Assembly (NCBI RefSeq): GCF_006345805.1
Contig: NC_042997.1
Location: 193,688,001 to 193,752,000, forward strand
DNA: 64,000 nucleotides
Source: Octopus sinensis
Taxonomy: Eukaryota
Direction: 5' to 3'
Shown here: positions 34,411 to 47,908 of the stretch, one piece after another
How positions within the stretch are numbered: position 1 is the stretch's first letter
Layout: each line of letters opens with the position of its first letter
Position numbers and translations under genes: made by a program
The notes under the pieces: model-generated
The model's database searches: none
What the model saw: only the letters and a program-made list of their open reading frames with translations
What the model was told of the DNA's origin: nothing

Positions 34411-36921
34411 AAGTGTAAAGGGCGTAAATTCTATGCAAGTACTTTGACTTCAAACTATTACCCATCCACCATGCTTGATTTAGAAATGATTATATCCCTT
34501 GACATATCTAGTCACCAGAGCACATCACGTGTTCAAAACCCCTTAAATTCTACTCCATGAACCTATGTTTGAAACAATTATAACGTCAGCACGGCGGACT
34601 TCCCAAATCGTTCGAGAGGTTCCCAAACTTCTTTGGGCTGCCGCTTCCCCTTGACACCCAGGCTACGTTCCTAGCACGCCCACCCCAACTAGCCATCGCA
34701 AACATAGACCTCTTTCTGAAGCAAATTCAAAGCAACTGTATTTCACAAATAAAACTTAACCTAATGAACCCATTATTTCGTTTTTACATGAATCGCCATC
34801 CCATTGCCGACCCGATTTGTACATGAATTGCTACCCCATTATCGCTCCCCTTTTCTTCAACGCCCATTTGGAACTTCCCACCCACCCCCAAGAGGGGCAA
34901 TACCATCCACTTTGGAAACCACTGCGTTAGAGCAACAAAGTGTTATGCAGTGTTTAGTTAAATTTCTTTATTGTCTAAATAACAAATTTGAACGAGCCAA
35001 GATTGGAGCCTCTACGTGGTTGGTAAATCTACTAGAAATAGCCACCAAATTTCCATTGACTTGTACCAACTGACTTAAAACAAGAGACGAGATGGTCGTG
35101 ATTGGATTTCTTTGATCATAGGTCTGCTTTATCCAATTCGTCTACCAATTCTGTCATTCCAAGTCTCTCATTCCTTTGAAGTAAATAAATCTTCTACGTG
35201 AGCTTTGAAATAAATCCACTCAGAGACACACAGGCAAACGCACAGAAGCACACACACACACACACACTTGCGCACTCATATACGCATGCACACATACACA
35301 TATGCACACATAAGTTTATTTGCATATACATATTAACACACAATTATGCAGTGTTGTGCTTCTCTTGAAATTACACAGATATTTACAAAAACAGACACAC
35401 ACAAAGACATGCTTGCACATGCAACCATACACACGTATACATACATACGTACACATGCATATACATATGTGTGCGTGTATGTGCGTGTGTGCGTATATAT
35501 ATAATATATATATATATGTATATGTGTGTATTTATTTATGTATGTATGTATGTATGCATGTACGTATGTATGTGTGTGGTGTGTGTATGTGCTTTAACGT
35601 CTGTGTTTGTCCTTCACCAGCTCCTGACAACAGTTGTTGGTGTGCTTACGTCCTCGTAACTTAGCGCTTCAGCAAAGGAGACCATAGAATAAGTACCATG
35701 CTAGAATTTAAAAAAGAAAACAGCCCAAGGGGCGATTCATGCGACTAATTAATTCTTCAAGGCGATGCCCCTGCATGGCCGCAGTCTGATGGCTGAAACA
35801 AGTAAAGAATGAAGTGTAAAGGGCGTAAATTCTATGCAAGTACTTTGATTTAAAATTCAAACTATTACCCATCCACCATGCTTGATTTAGAAATGATTAT
35901 ATCCCTTGACATATCTAGTCACCAGAGCACATCACGTGTTCAAAGCCCCTTAAATTCTACTCCATGAACCTATGTTTGAAACAATTATAACGTCAGCACG
36001 GCGGACTTCCCAAATCGTTCGAGAGGTTCCCAAACTTCTTTGGGCTGCCGCTTCCCCTTGACACCCAGGCTACGTTCCTAGCACGCCCACCCCAACTAGC
36101 CATCGCAAACATAGACCTCTTTCTGAAGCAAATTCAAAGCAACTGTATTTCACAAATAAAACTTAACCTAATGAACCCATTATTTCGTTTTTACATGAAT
36201 CGCCATCCCATTGCCGACCCGATTTGTACATGAATTGCTACCCCATTATCGCTCCCCTTTTCTTCAACGCCCATTTGGAACTTCCCACCCACCCCCAAGA
36301 GGGGCAATACCATCCACTTTGGAAACCACTGCGTTAGAGCAACAAAGTGTTATGCAGTGTTTAGTTAAATTTCTTTATTGTCTAAATAACAAATTTGAAC
36401 GAGCCAAGATTGGAGCCTCTACGTGGTGGTAAATCTACTAGAAATAGCCACCAAATTTCCATTGACTTGTACCAACTGACTTAAAACAAGAGACGAGATG
36501 GTCGTGATTGGATTTCTTTGATCATAGGTCTGCTTTATCCAATTCGTCTACCAATTCTGTCATTCCAAGTCTCTCATTCCTTTGAAGTAAATAAATCTTC
36601 TACGTGAGCTTTGAAATAAATCCACTCAGAGACACACAGGCAAACGCACAGAAGCACACACACACACACACACACACTTGCGCACTCATATACGCATGCA
36701 CACATACACATATGCACACATAAGTTTATTTGCATATACATATTAACACACAATTATGCAGTGTTGTGCTTCTCTTGAAATTACACAGATATTTACAAAA
36801 ACAGACACACACAAAGACATGCTTGCACATGCAACCATACACACGTATACATACATACGTACACATGCATATACATATGTGTGCGTGTATGTGCGTGTGT
36901 GCGTATATATATATATATATA
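34098..36921 (+). repeat. ~1.4-kb near-identical tandem duplication
   Basis: Offset 1401-1407 bp. About five differences seen: C/T 34179 vs 35580, C vs TTTAAAA, A/G, a 1-bp deletion, and (CA)n length. Both boundaries lie in (TA)n tracts. Confidence 0.95.
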
Positions 36922-36941
36922 TGTGCATACACACACACACA

Positions 36942-38136
36942 CAGGGTTGGACAAAATAATGGAAACACCTAACATCATAGCATCATAATTTTGGAATATC
37001 TATAAAACCATTAAAAGCTTGTTTATTTTTATGTTCTTTGATTTATTATTAGTGTTGCTTAATATGTTTTGCTAAAATTGCTCTTTCTTTTCAGATATCA
37101 TCAGAAAAATGTAATTAAAATTCATTAAAATGACGGATTTATAGGACTGTTAAAAAGGTCAAATGATTGGTGCTCGTATGGCAGGCACTAGCGTAATGAA
37201 AACAGCCGAAATGTTTGGTGCATCAAGAAGTATCGTCCCGAAAGTAATGACAGCCTTGGAGAAAGCGGGAAAAACCTCCTCATCTTAACAAAACTCCGGA
37301 AGAAAACCAAAACTTTCAGATAGGGACCGTCGAATTTTTAATTGAATCGTTAGAAATGATCACAAAAATACAGCTCTCAAAATTACTGCAGAGCTTAATG
37401 ACCACCTCGAGAATCCAGTTTCTACAAGAACTGATCACCGGGAGTTGCACAAAGCCGGATTTCACGGGAGGACTGCAATCAGAAAACCACTACTTTCAAA
37501 AACAAACGTTGCAAAGCGTTTAGAGTGGAGTAAAAACCTACTGAATTGGTCCCTAGAGCAGTGGAAGAATGTTATTTTTTCGGACAAGTAATTCTTTACT
37601 ATATTTCCGACCACCGGCCAAGTATACATGTGGAGGCAGCCAGAAGAAACATTTGGCCCAGACTCCCTTCTTCCAACTGTCAAACATGGAGGAGGATCTG
37701 TGATGATCTGGGGTGGGGTCTATATCTTGGAAATCCGCTGACCCATTGGTTTCCCTTCATGGCAGAATTAATAGTCAAGACTATTTAAGCATTTTATCTG
37801 ATCTAATTCATCCTGTGGTTGCGGAACTGTATCCGGAAGTGTATCCGCAGAGAAACGCAATCTTTCAGGATGATAATGCACCAATTCATACAGCTGTAGT
37901 TGTTACTGAATGACACAAGGGACATTCTGGTGAAGTTGAACATCTTATCTGGCCACCACAGTCTCCAGATCTCAATATTATTGAACATTTATGGTGCATT
38001 TTAGAAAAACAAGTAAGGAGTCGATATTGTCCACCATCATTTCGACAAGAACTGGAGAGTGTTTTAACTGAAGAATGGACAAAAATTCCTTTGGAAACAA
38101 TTCAAATTTTGTACGAGTCCATACCTCATAGAATTC
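36942..38136 (+). pseudogene. Decayed Tc1-like element with DD36E spacing (Incomer-like); right end lost
   Basis: Left TIR-like CAGGGTTGGACAAAATAATGGAAACACC; ATG at 37130; GQMIGARMAG, SGRKPKLSDRDRR, VIFSD, PTVKHGGGSVMIW, FQDDNAPIH...SPDLNIIE with 36 codons between D and E; contains stops and frameshifts. Confidence 0.9.
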
Positions 38137-38249
38137 GCGGTGCTTCAGCATGGCCACGATCAAATGACTGAAACGAATAAAAGAATAACAGAATATGTGT
38201 GTGCGTATGAATGTATGTGTGTATGTATATATGTATACGCTCACACACA

Positions 38250-38337
<88 letters not shown>

Positions 38338-38340
<3 letters not shown>

Positions 38341-38745
38341 GCGCAGTAGTGGCTGTGTGGTGAGTAGCTTGCTTACCAACCACATGGTTCCGGGTTCATT
38401 CTCACTGCGTGGCACCTTGGGCAAGTGTTTTCTCGGACCGACCAAAGCCTTGTGAGTGGATTTGGTAGACGCAAACTGAAAGAAGCCCGTCGTATATATG
38501 TATATATACATATATGTATGTGTTTGTATATGTTTGTGCGTCTATGTTTGGTCCCCCCAACATCGCTTGACAACCGATGCTGGTGTGTTTCTGTCTCCGT
38601 CACTTAGCGGTTCGGCAAAAGAGACCCATAGAATAAGTACTAGGCTTCCAAAGAATAAGACCTGGGGTCGATTTGCCCGACTAAAAGCGGTGCTCCAGAA
38701 TGGCCGTACTCAAATGACTGAAACAAGTAAAAGAGTAAAAGAGTA
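38338..38745 (+). mobile_element. SINE-A, near full length (plus a 5'-truncated tail at 38137-38190)
   Basis: Head, body and (AAAAGAGT)n tail match the other copies. Confidence 0.9.
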
Positions 38746-39304
38746 AAGCGTAATATCAAAAGCTATTCAAAATAGTAAAAATAGCATTATAATAACAAAA
38801 CTGTCAATGAAAAAAAAATCATTTAAGTGCTAAAAGGTCTTGAATCACCCTGTATGTATTTGTCTATTTGTGTGTGCGTGTGTATGTGTTTGTGTGTGTG
38901 TGTATGTGTTTGTGTGTGTGTGTGTGCGTAGATAGACAGACAGACCAGACTGACAGAAAGATATAAAACGAAGTCGACGGTGGGGTGCAAAGAATGTCAT
39001 TCACGATAAATTCTTAATTTTTTCCCATTTACCTTGCAGCCAGAGAAGAAAAAACAAAAATCTAACGATAACTATTAGCAGCTCTGAAATGCTTACCTTC
39101 TTTGCCGATGAAGGAGATTTTATTTATGAAATTAGAATTTATTATACACGGCATTCAGTACACGTTGCCCCGTAGACTTAGTTAAACAAAATTTTGCCAC
39201 TGGCCGTTATCCTCCGTGAATTATTGTCTCGCATCTCATTTTCGTTATACAACCCACATATGAATATATACGCACACAAACGCACACTCACATTTGTGTG
39301 AGCG

Positions 39305-39364
<60 letters not shown>

Positions 39365-39487
39365 CATAAATTTAAATTTAAAATAATAAAGGTTAAATAT
39401 TGAATATTAATTTGATTAATATCAGTTTAAAACCTAGCATATTGAAAAATCTGAAGTTTCAGAAAAAATTATATTACATAAATATAA

Positions 39488-39753
39488 GAGGGATGACCTA
39501 AAAGTGGACATCCATTATGCTAGAATTATATTTGCAAAGACGATCACACTGATGAGTTGCGGACAATTACGTAAATGATTACATAAGCGATAACCGGGTT
39601 TGTGATTAATCTATCTTTTGTATCTTTTCATTTGTCTTGCTCGCTTACGGACTGGCGTTTGCTAAATTTTCTTGAGAACATTCCTTTCTTAATGGTGAGA
39701 CCATAGCGGATCTTCTTCTAGCATAATGGATGTCCACTTACTGGTCATCTCTC
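39488..39753. mobile_element. MITE with ~38-bp TIRs
   Basis: GAGGGATGACCTAAAAGTGGACATCCATTATGCTAGAA vs TTCTAGCATAATGGATGTCCACTTACTGGTCATCTCTC; TSD unresolved. Confidence 0.8.
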
Positions 39754-40151
39754 CAATATGTATATATATAATCGCCTGTTTGTAGACCCCCCCTCTTCAC
39801 AGAAGATGTACCCATTATGTTTCTCCCGATGAAGAACATTAATGTACGCGTCCTACAAAGCAGTCATCAATTAAGTTAGAACCGTAATGGTTAGCTTAAT
39901 TTACATATTTGTGCTTTTCATTAATTAAACAATCTGTATTTTGTGCACAGCACAGTGTGACACACGAGGACTGAAATAAGTTTAATTTTCAGAAAGCCTA
40001 GCTGAGAGAGGAAAATATAAGAATGCACATAGATTCGGTGTGTGAAAAAAGTGCAAAGTCTCCTGACGGACTGTTTCCTAGAATTTTGACTGCTCTTGAG
40101 AGAAGACTTACCCGAACCATCTCTCCACGTATTTATATATGTACATGCCTG

Positions 40152-40253
<102 letters not shown>

Positions 40254-40867
40254 TGTGTGTGTGTGTGTGTGTTGTGTGTGTGTGTGTATATGTGTGCCAG
40301 TGTGTTTGATGTACCGAAAAGTAACGTCGCATCGTCACGCATATATTTTGAAGTCATATTTACTGATAAAGACTAAAGACCAATTTGATCTTCAATATTG
40401 ATTTTGGGGAGGAGTAAATCGATTACATCGATCTCACTGCTCACATCTTGGATGTTCTGTTAAGTTGAAAGTGGGAGGGCATATGGGCCGTGAGGGTGTC
40501 TGCAAAGCTACAACACCCAAAAAATTAGATCAAACCTCCTTCTCGGGCCGTAAGCTTGTAAGATCGGTTTCCCGGATTCTGTAGCGTATATATTAACCAC
40601 CCCCGTCTCGATGGGACGTCGACCCGTCGTAGGATTGCTCTGCACAAGAACACAACACAACGCATTGCTTGGTCCACAATCTTACATTCATAAGTGCAGC
40701 ATCTTAACCGCTAAGCCGTTTGCCTCCGCACTTCTACATAAACATTTAAAAACAACAGCAGTATGATACGTGTTGCCAAGTCATAAACACTCGCAAATGA
40801 CTGACGGGTGAGGTTACAGTACACACATAATTACATACATACATACATACATACATACATGCATACG

Positions 40868-40915
<48 letters not shown>

Positions 40916-40917
40916 CG

Positions 40918-40957
<40 letters not shown>

Positions 40958-41846
40958 ATATACATACGTATATATATATACATACGTGTGTGTGTGTGTT
41001 GTGTGTGTGTGTGCGTGGTGTGTGGTGTGTAAGATATTTACAAGCACAGCCAGCCCAAAGATAAATAAGAGCTTCTCCCTCTCGCGTAAATTTGTCTTTT
41101 GGTGTACTAATGTAAACACTCTCATACACACACACACACACACACACACATAAGTGAGCGCATGTATGCGCACAGACACACTCATGCACATACATGCATA
41201 CATACACATATATGTGTGTTTGTGTGTGTGTGTGTGTGCATTCATATATACATAGATATGTATATATGTGTATATGTATATAGATATGTATATATGTGTT
41301 TATATATATAATCTTAACCGTTTACGTCATAGCTAATTGCTATATAAAAATATCTCTAGGTAAGCACTTCTACTTAAAGATGTTCATGGGAATTCTATGA
41401 CGTAGAAGCAAATAGTTCTTTCGGCAATTCCCGCACACAGCGCATGCGGGTGTTATACGTGTGTGCCTGTGTATGATTGTATGTATGTATACTTGTACGT
41501 ATGCATATTGCTGAGTATGTATATAAGAGTGTATGTGTGTGCTTGACGGAGGGAGGCGGGCTTGCGTGCATTTGTGAAAGTATTTGGTTGTTTCCGGCTC
41601 ATAAGTGCGTGTCTGGGTCGGTCTAAGTACCTATGTGCATGCTTATAGGTAAATGCGTATACATGAATGTATATATGTGTGCACGCATATAGGTGGGTAG
41701 GCATATTGGTAAATAAGTAGGTAGTTAAGTAGCTCTGTTCGTACACATGTATATATGTATATACGCATGTATGTATGTATGTATGTATGTATGTATGTAT
41801 GTATGTATGTATGGATGTATGTATGTATGTATGTATGTATGTATGT

Positions 41847-42158
41847 GCATGGCTCAATGGTTAGAGCGTCGAGCTTACGATCGTGAGGTTGGGAGCTCGA
41901 ATCCCGGACCGGGTTGCGTGTTGTGTTCTTGAGCAAGACACTTTATTTCACGTTGCTCCAGTTTCACTCAACTGTAGAAATGAGTCGCGATGTCACAGGC
42001 GCCAAGCTGTATCGACCTTTGGATAACACTGGAGGCACAGAGAGGGGAGGCTGGTATGCATGGGTGACTGCTGGTCTTCCATAAACAACCTTGCCTGGAC
42101 TTGTGCCTCGGAAGGTAACATTCTAGGTGCAATACCATGGTCTGTGTCGTGGGTCTCA
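41847..42158 (+). mobile_element. tRNA-derived SINE, family D
   Basis: Head GGCTCAATGGTTAGAGCG...TCGAATCCC; core TTGAGCAAGACACTTTATTTCACGTTGCTCCAGT like family C'; different tail. Confidence 0.8.
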
Positions 42159-42444
42159 AGATGTATGTATATGTATGTATGTACGTATGTATATAAACAT
42201 ATGTATTTATGCATACCTGTATACTTATATTAGTGAAGATCTACTAATTTTGTTGTTATTTAACCCCAAGTCAAGCGAGTTAACCAACAAGCAAACACGT
42301 ACACTTTTTCTCTTTTTATTTCATCGGACAGCATTCTCCTTACTACAGTAAATGGATAATTTAATTATAATTCATCTACTATTTCTAGCAGATCGAAGAA
42401 CCTCGTTGATGCTTCTTTCCTAGTTCAGCTTACTACAACCCTAA

Positions 42445-43010
42445 CCCTAGGCACAAGGCCCGAAATTTTGGGAGAGGGGGACCAATCGATTAGATCGATC
42501 CCAGTACGCAACTTGTACTTAATTTTTCGACTCACAAAGGATGAAAGGCAAAGTCGACCTCGGCGGAATTTGAACTCACAACGTAGCGGCAGACGAAATA
42601 CCTATTTCTTTACTACCCACAAGGGGCTAAACACAGAGAGGACAAACAAGGACAGACAAATGGATTAAGTCGATTACATCGACCCCAGTGCGTAACTGGT
42701 ACTTAATTTATCGACCCCGGAAGGATGAAAGGCAAAGTCGACCTCGGCGGAATTTGAACTCAGAACGTAACAGCAGACGAAATACCTATTTCTTTATTAC
42801 CCACAATGGGCTAAACACAAAGAGGTCAAACAAGGACTGACAAACGGATTAAGTCGATTACATCGACCCCAGTGCGTACTTAATTTATCGACCCCGAAAG
42901 GATGAAAGGCAAAGTCGACCTCGGCGGAATTTGAACTCAGAACGTAACGGCAGACGAAATACGGTTACGCATTTCGCCCGGCGTGCTAACGTTTCTGCCA
43001 GCTCGCCTTT
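42445..43010 (-). mobile_element. SINE-B trimer (head + T unit + T unit + U unit)
   Basis: Three body copies; junctions GAAATA|GGTATTTCG at 42786/42787 and 42602/42603. Confidence 0.95.
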
Positions 43011-43359
43011 TTCAGCTCAAACTGTTTAAATAAGTAAGGTGTGTTTTGGTTTGTTGCATTTCTCTACGGCGCTGTTTTCGAATTTTTTTTTTTTTTTTTT
43101 TGCTATTGGAGAATCCTTGAAATAAGCCGGTGAGCTTGCAGAACCGTTAGTGTTTCGATCAAGAAATGCTTTGCGGCATTTTTTCTTCGGCTCTATACGT
43201 TCTGAGTTCAAATCCCGCCGAGGTCATCATCGCCTTTCATCCCTTCGGGGTCGACAAAAATTGAGTACTACTCAAGTACTAGAGTTGATGTAATCATATT
43301 CTTCCCTTCCATCGAAATTGCTGACTGAAACAAGTACAATATAAAAGATAAAAGACATA

Positions 43360-44271
43360 GATGCAGGCGTGGCAATGTGGTAAGGAGTTAGATTACAAAC
43401 TATATGGCTCCGGGTTCAGTCCCACGTCGTACCTTCGCCAAGTATCTTATACTATAACTTCGGGATGACTAATGCTTTGTGAGTAGGTTTGATAGACGAA
43501 AACTGAAAGAAGCCCGTTGTATATCTATCTATCTATATTCTTTTACTTGTTTCAGTCATTTGACTGCGACTATGCTGGAGCACCACCTTTAATCGAACAA
43601 ATCGACCCGAGGACTAATTTTTGTAAGCCTAGTACTTATTCTATCGGCCTCTTTTGCCGAACCGTTAAGTTACGGGGACATAAACACATTGACATCGGTT
43701 GTCAAGTGAAGGTTGGGACAAGCACAGAAACACAAACGTGATTTCAAATTTTAAAACGAGACCAGCAATAAAAGATTGACTTCTTTCTGTTTCCGTTTAC
43801 CAAATTCACTCACAATATTTTGTTCAGCCCGAGGCTATAGTAGAAGGCACTTGCCCAAGGTGCAACACAGTGGGAATGAACCCAGAACCATGTGGTTGGG
43901 AAGAAAACTTCTTACTACACCGCCACACCTGCGACTATTTTTATATATGAGCGTGTGTCTTTGTATCTGTGGTTGTCCCTTGCCTTCGTTTGACATCCGA
44001 TGTTGTGTTCACGTCCCTGTACCTTAGCGGTTCGGTAAAAGAGACCGATAGAATAAAGTACCAGACTGGGGTCGATTTGTTCGACTAAAAGATCTTCAAG
44101 CGTAAGAGTGACTGTGCGGTAAGTAGCTTGCTTACCAACCACATGGTTCCGGGTTCAGTCCCACTGCGTGGCACCTTGGGCAAGGGTCTTCTACTATAGC
44201 ATCGGGCCGACCAAAGCCTTGTGAGTGGATTTGGTAGACGGAAACTGAAAGAAGCCCGTCGTATATATGTG

Positions 44272-44331
<60 letters not shown>

Positions 44332-44595
44332 GTGTGTGTGTGTGTGTGCGTGCCTGTGTGCATGTGTGCGTGCGTATGTTGTGTCTGTTTGTCCCCCAAC
44401 ATCGCTTGACAACCGATGCTGGTGTGTTTACGTCCCCATAATTTAACGATTCGGCAAAAGAGACTGATAGAATAAGTACTAAGCTTTCAAAGAATAAGTC
44501 GTCCGGGGGTCGATTTGCTCGACTAAAAGGCGGTGCTCCAGCATAGCCACAGTCAAATGACTGAAACAAGTAAAAGAGTAAAAGAGTAAAAGAAT
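43360..44595. mobile_element. Cluster of SINE-A copies and fragments in both orientations
   Basis: Head + at 43360; tail - at 43535; head - at 43780; tail + at 43950; full + copy at 44105-44595. Confidence 0.85.
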
Positions 44596-45084
44596 GCGGT
44601 GCCCTGTCATGGCTGCAGTCCAAAAAATAAACAAACAAACAAAAAAAAAAAGAAAAATGACTAAAAATTACTTTTACGTATAATTAGCCTGTTTATCACT
44701 CTATCTCTCAGCCCCCTAGCGATCTCTGGCGGAACCCTACGGTTCCGACTAAAACCCGGTGGGGGAGAAGTGCTGGCTTGCAGTAATATTGTTACTATTA
44801 AATGGGCTGCTCTCTTATAGTCTAAACATACCACCCAAACCCCAATCACGCACACACACGTACACACACATTTTCTTCCATTCACACTCATATTCCACTC
44901 CGTTACGACTTCCATTTCTACTCCACGCTGCCGGCTTCACTTCCACTCCACTCAGCATCCTGGCTTCACATGTAAAAATTTCCCCTTTTTACTTCAGACT
45001 ATTAAAACGAGCAACGTCTGCTTTCAACTCTCTCTCACACACTTTCTCTCTTACTTTCTCTCACTCACACACACTCTCTCTCTG

Positions 45085-45121
<37 letters not shown>

Positions 45122-46454
45122 AGCGCACATACACACACTCTCTCTAATTCTCTTTTACTGTTTCTATTTCTCTCTCCCACTCTCTCTCTCACACACATAC
45201 ACGCACATACACACACACACACACACCACACCTATTTACGCAAATACAAACACGAATGCACATACGCAGACACACATGCATATACACACACGCATGCACA
45301 CACACACACACACACACACATATACAAACGCGTATAAAGACACGCGCACATATATATACCTATTAACAAACGCATATGCACATACGTAGGCACACACACA
45401 CATGCATGCACACATGCGCACACAGTGACATGCGCACGCATAATCACAGATCTGCACAAACACGTAAAATGCACACACACACATGATTCAGTCAGACACA
45501 GACATTCATATACGAACTCTCTCTCTCTCACACACACACACACACGCACTAGATTTGTTTATTTTTTTGTTGTTGCTTTTGTACTCATTTTGTAACCTTC
45601 AGTTATATTTTATTTGTTTTTTATTTACGTAGTTGATTCTAAAGTGGTAAGCTATTACCAGCATCCCCCAACACAACCTCCTTATGACAATACAACAACT
45701 ATAAAGAAAAACAGCAAAAGCCTAATGTGAACCTACCTTCGTTTTACCATTCCGCACCCCCAACCCATCATGCCTTCCCATCGAAACCCTCATTTTAATC
45801 TTCCTTTCCCTTCTTCAACTTCCTCTCCCCGCTCCTCTCGCCACCGCCATTATCATTTTCCTTTCTCATTAACGCCATCGCTGTTGTAGTCGTCATCGTC
45901 GTGGTGTGGTGGTCGTCGTCGTCATCGCTTCTGTGTGTAAATAGTTGTTGCGATAGACTGAATCTGTTTATCTTTTAAAGTAGACCAAGCCGGTAGACAG
46001 ACAGATAGAGAGAAGGAGAAAAGAAGAGAGAGAGAGTCAGACAGAAAGTGAGAGAGAGAGAACAAGAGACGGAAAGACAGACAGGCTGGCAAGCAGGAAA
46101 GCAGGCACACACACAAACACAAACACACATACATACACAAGGACACAAATAGAAATAGAGATGTAAATACAGATAGAGACAGACGGTTATATTTATGTAT
46201 ATATATATACATATATATATAAATGTATATATATATATATATCGCCATGATAGATCGGTAGCCACTACACGCATTTTTTTTCTCTCCTTGTTTCTCTCGT
46301 CTTTTTTGTGTCCCTTTTTGTAGAAGAGCGTAGGCTCGAAACGTGAAAGACTTTTTCTATTCCTGAGCGTTATACTAATACATCTGTTTGTTTTGTACAC
46401 CACCTGTCTTCGTCTTTTGTTTTTTTTTTGTTAACTCTCTCTCTCTATATATAT

Positions 46455-46865
46455 ATATTCTTTTACTCTCTTACTTGTTTCAGTCATTTGACTGCGGCCA
46501 TGCTGGAGCACCGCCTTTAGTCGAGCAAATCGACCCCAGTATTTATTCTTTGTAAGCCTAGTACTTATTCTATTGGTGTCTTTTTCCGAAACCGCTAAGT
46601 TACGGGGACGTAAACACACCACCATCGATTGTAAAGCGATGTTGGGGCGGGGGGACAAACACAGACATGCAAACACACACACATATATATACATATACAT
46701 ATATACGACGACAGGCTTATTTCAGTTTCCGTCTACCAAATCCACTCACAAGGCTTTGGTCGGCCCGAGGCTATAGTAGAAGATACCTGACCAAGGTGCC
46801 ACGCAGTGGGACTGAACCCAGAGCCAGGTGGTTCATAAGCAAGTTACTTACCATAAAGCCACTCC
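46455..46865 (-). mobile_element. SINE-A, full length
   Basis: Matches the family consensus. Confidence 0.9.
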
Positions 46866-47908
46866 AGATAGATAGATATAGATAGATAGATAGATAGATA
46901 GATAGACACTGATAGATAGACAGATAGATCGACACCATTGACAGATAGACAGACAGACTAATCGACAGAAAGACCTAATTCACAGTCTGTAACACACTAG
47001 TTCACATGGCGTTCGTATTTGTGCCTGCGGGTGTATAGGCGTATGCGTGTGTATGTAATTATGTGTGTCCATCTGTTCGTGGGTGATTTTAAAGCAATAT
47101 TCAAATGTCCTGTTATTCGTTCATTCGTAAGCGCGCCGGACAAAATGCTTAGCTGCATTTCTTCCGGTTTTACGTTCTGAGTTCAAATTCTGCCGAGGTG
47201 TACTTTGCCTTTCATCCCTTCAGGGTCGATAAAATAAGTACCAGTTGAGCCCTGGGGTCGATGTAATCAACTATGCCTCTCCTTGCAAAATTTCAGGCCT
47301 TGTGCCTGTAGTGGAAAGAATTATATTACTGGTACCAGTTTTTTGGTGCTATGGCCAAGCTGGGGCACCACATATATGTTGTTACTTGTATTTTTTAGCC
47401 TACCATAGGGGTCCCTGCAATTATATTCAAACTTCTATATGCTTTATCTATTGGATCTTTTAAACGACAGTGTTGTGTCAAACGCATAAACACATATACG
47501 AATATATATATATATATATAATTTTAATCCAAACGGGAAACAAAAAAACAACAACAATGGAACAATTACGGAACAATTACAGTATTATTATTAATAGGCG
47601 CTCAGGAAATGGAAGCAGTATATATATATATATATATATAACTAATGTAGGATAAAATTTTTTTGGGGAAAAAATTTGTTATCAATGGCCAGCATATCAA
47701 AAAATACCTTTAAAGGTTAAATTTATAAATAATTTACAAGATAAGGGCAAAAGAAAAATTCTAATGCCAAATATGCCGAAAAAAAGACAAAATTGTCAAT
47801 AAGCATTATAATTTATGCGTCTCGAAACAAACCGATAGAAATTTCTAAAAAATCGTTATTACCGTATTGGTCCAATTTCGGGGTTAATTCATAAGAATGT
47901 ATATATAT

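Noticed and set aside
34614-34923. Possible hAT-type MITE inside the duplicated unit (GAGAGGTTCCCAAAC ... TTTGGAAACCACTG)
   Set aside because: TIR match is short and imperfect, and no 8-bp TSD was found.
38745-38853. ...GAATCACCCTG|TA as the right TIR of the DD36E element
   Set aside because: It matches the left TIR only in the terminal CAGGGT, so it is more likely the end of a different Tc1/mariner relic.
42445-43010. Regularly spaced direct repeats resembling a CRISPR array
   Set aside because: Units are ~185-bp SINE bodies without unique spacers; eukaryotic context; no cas genes.
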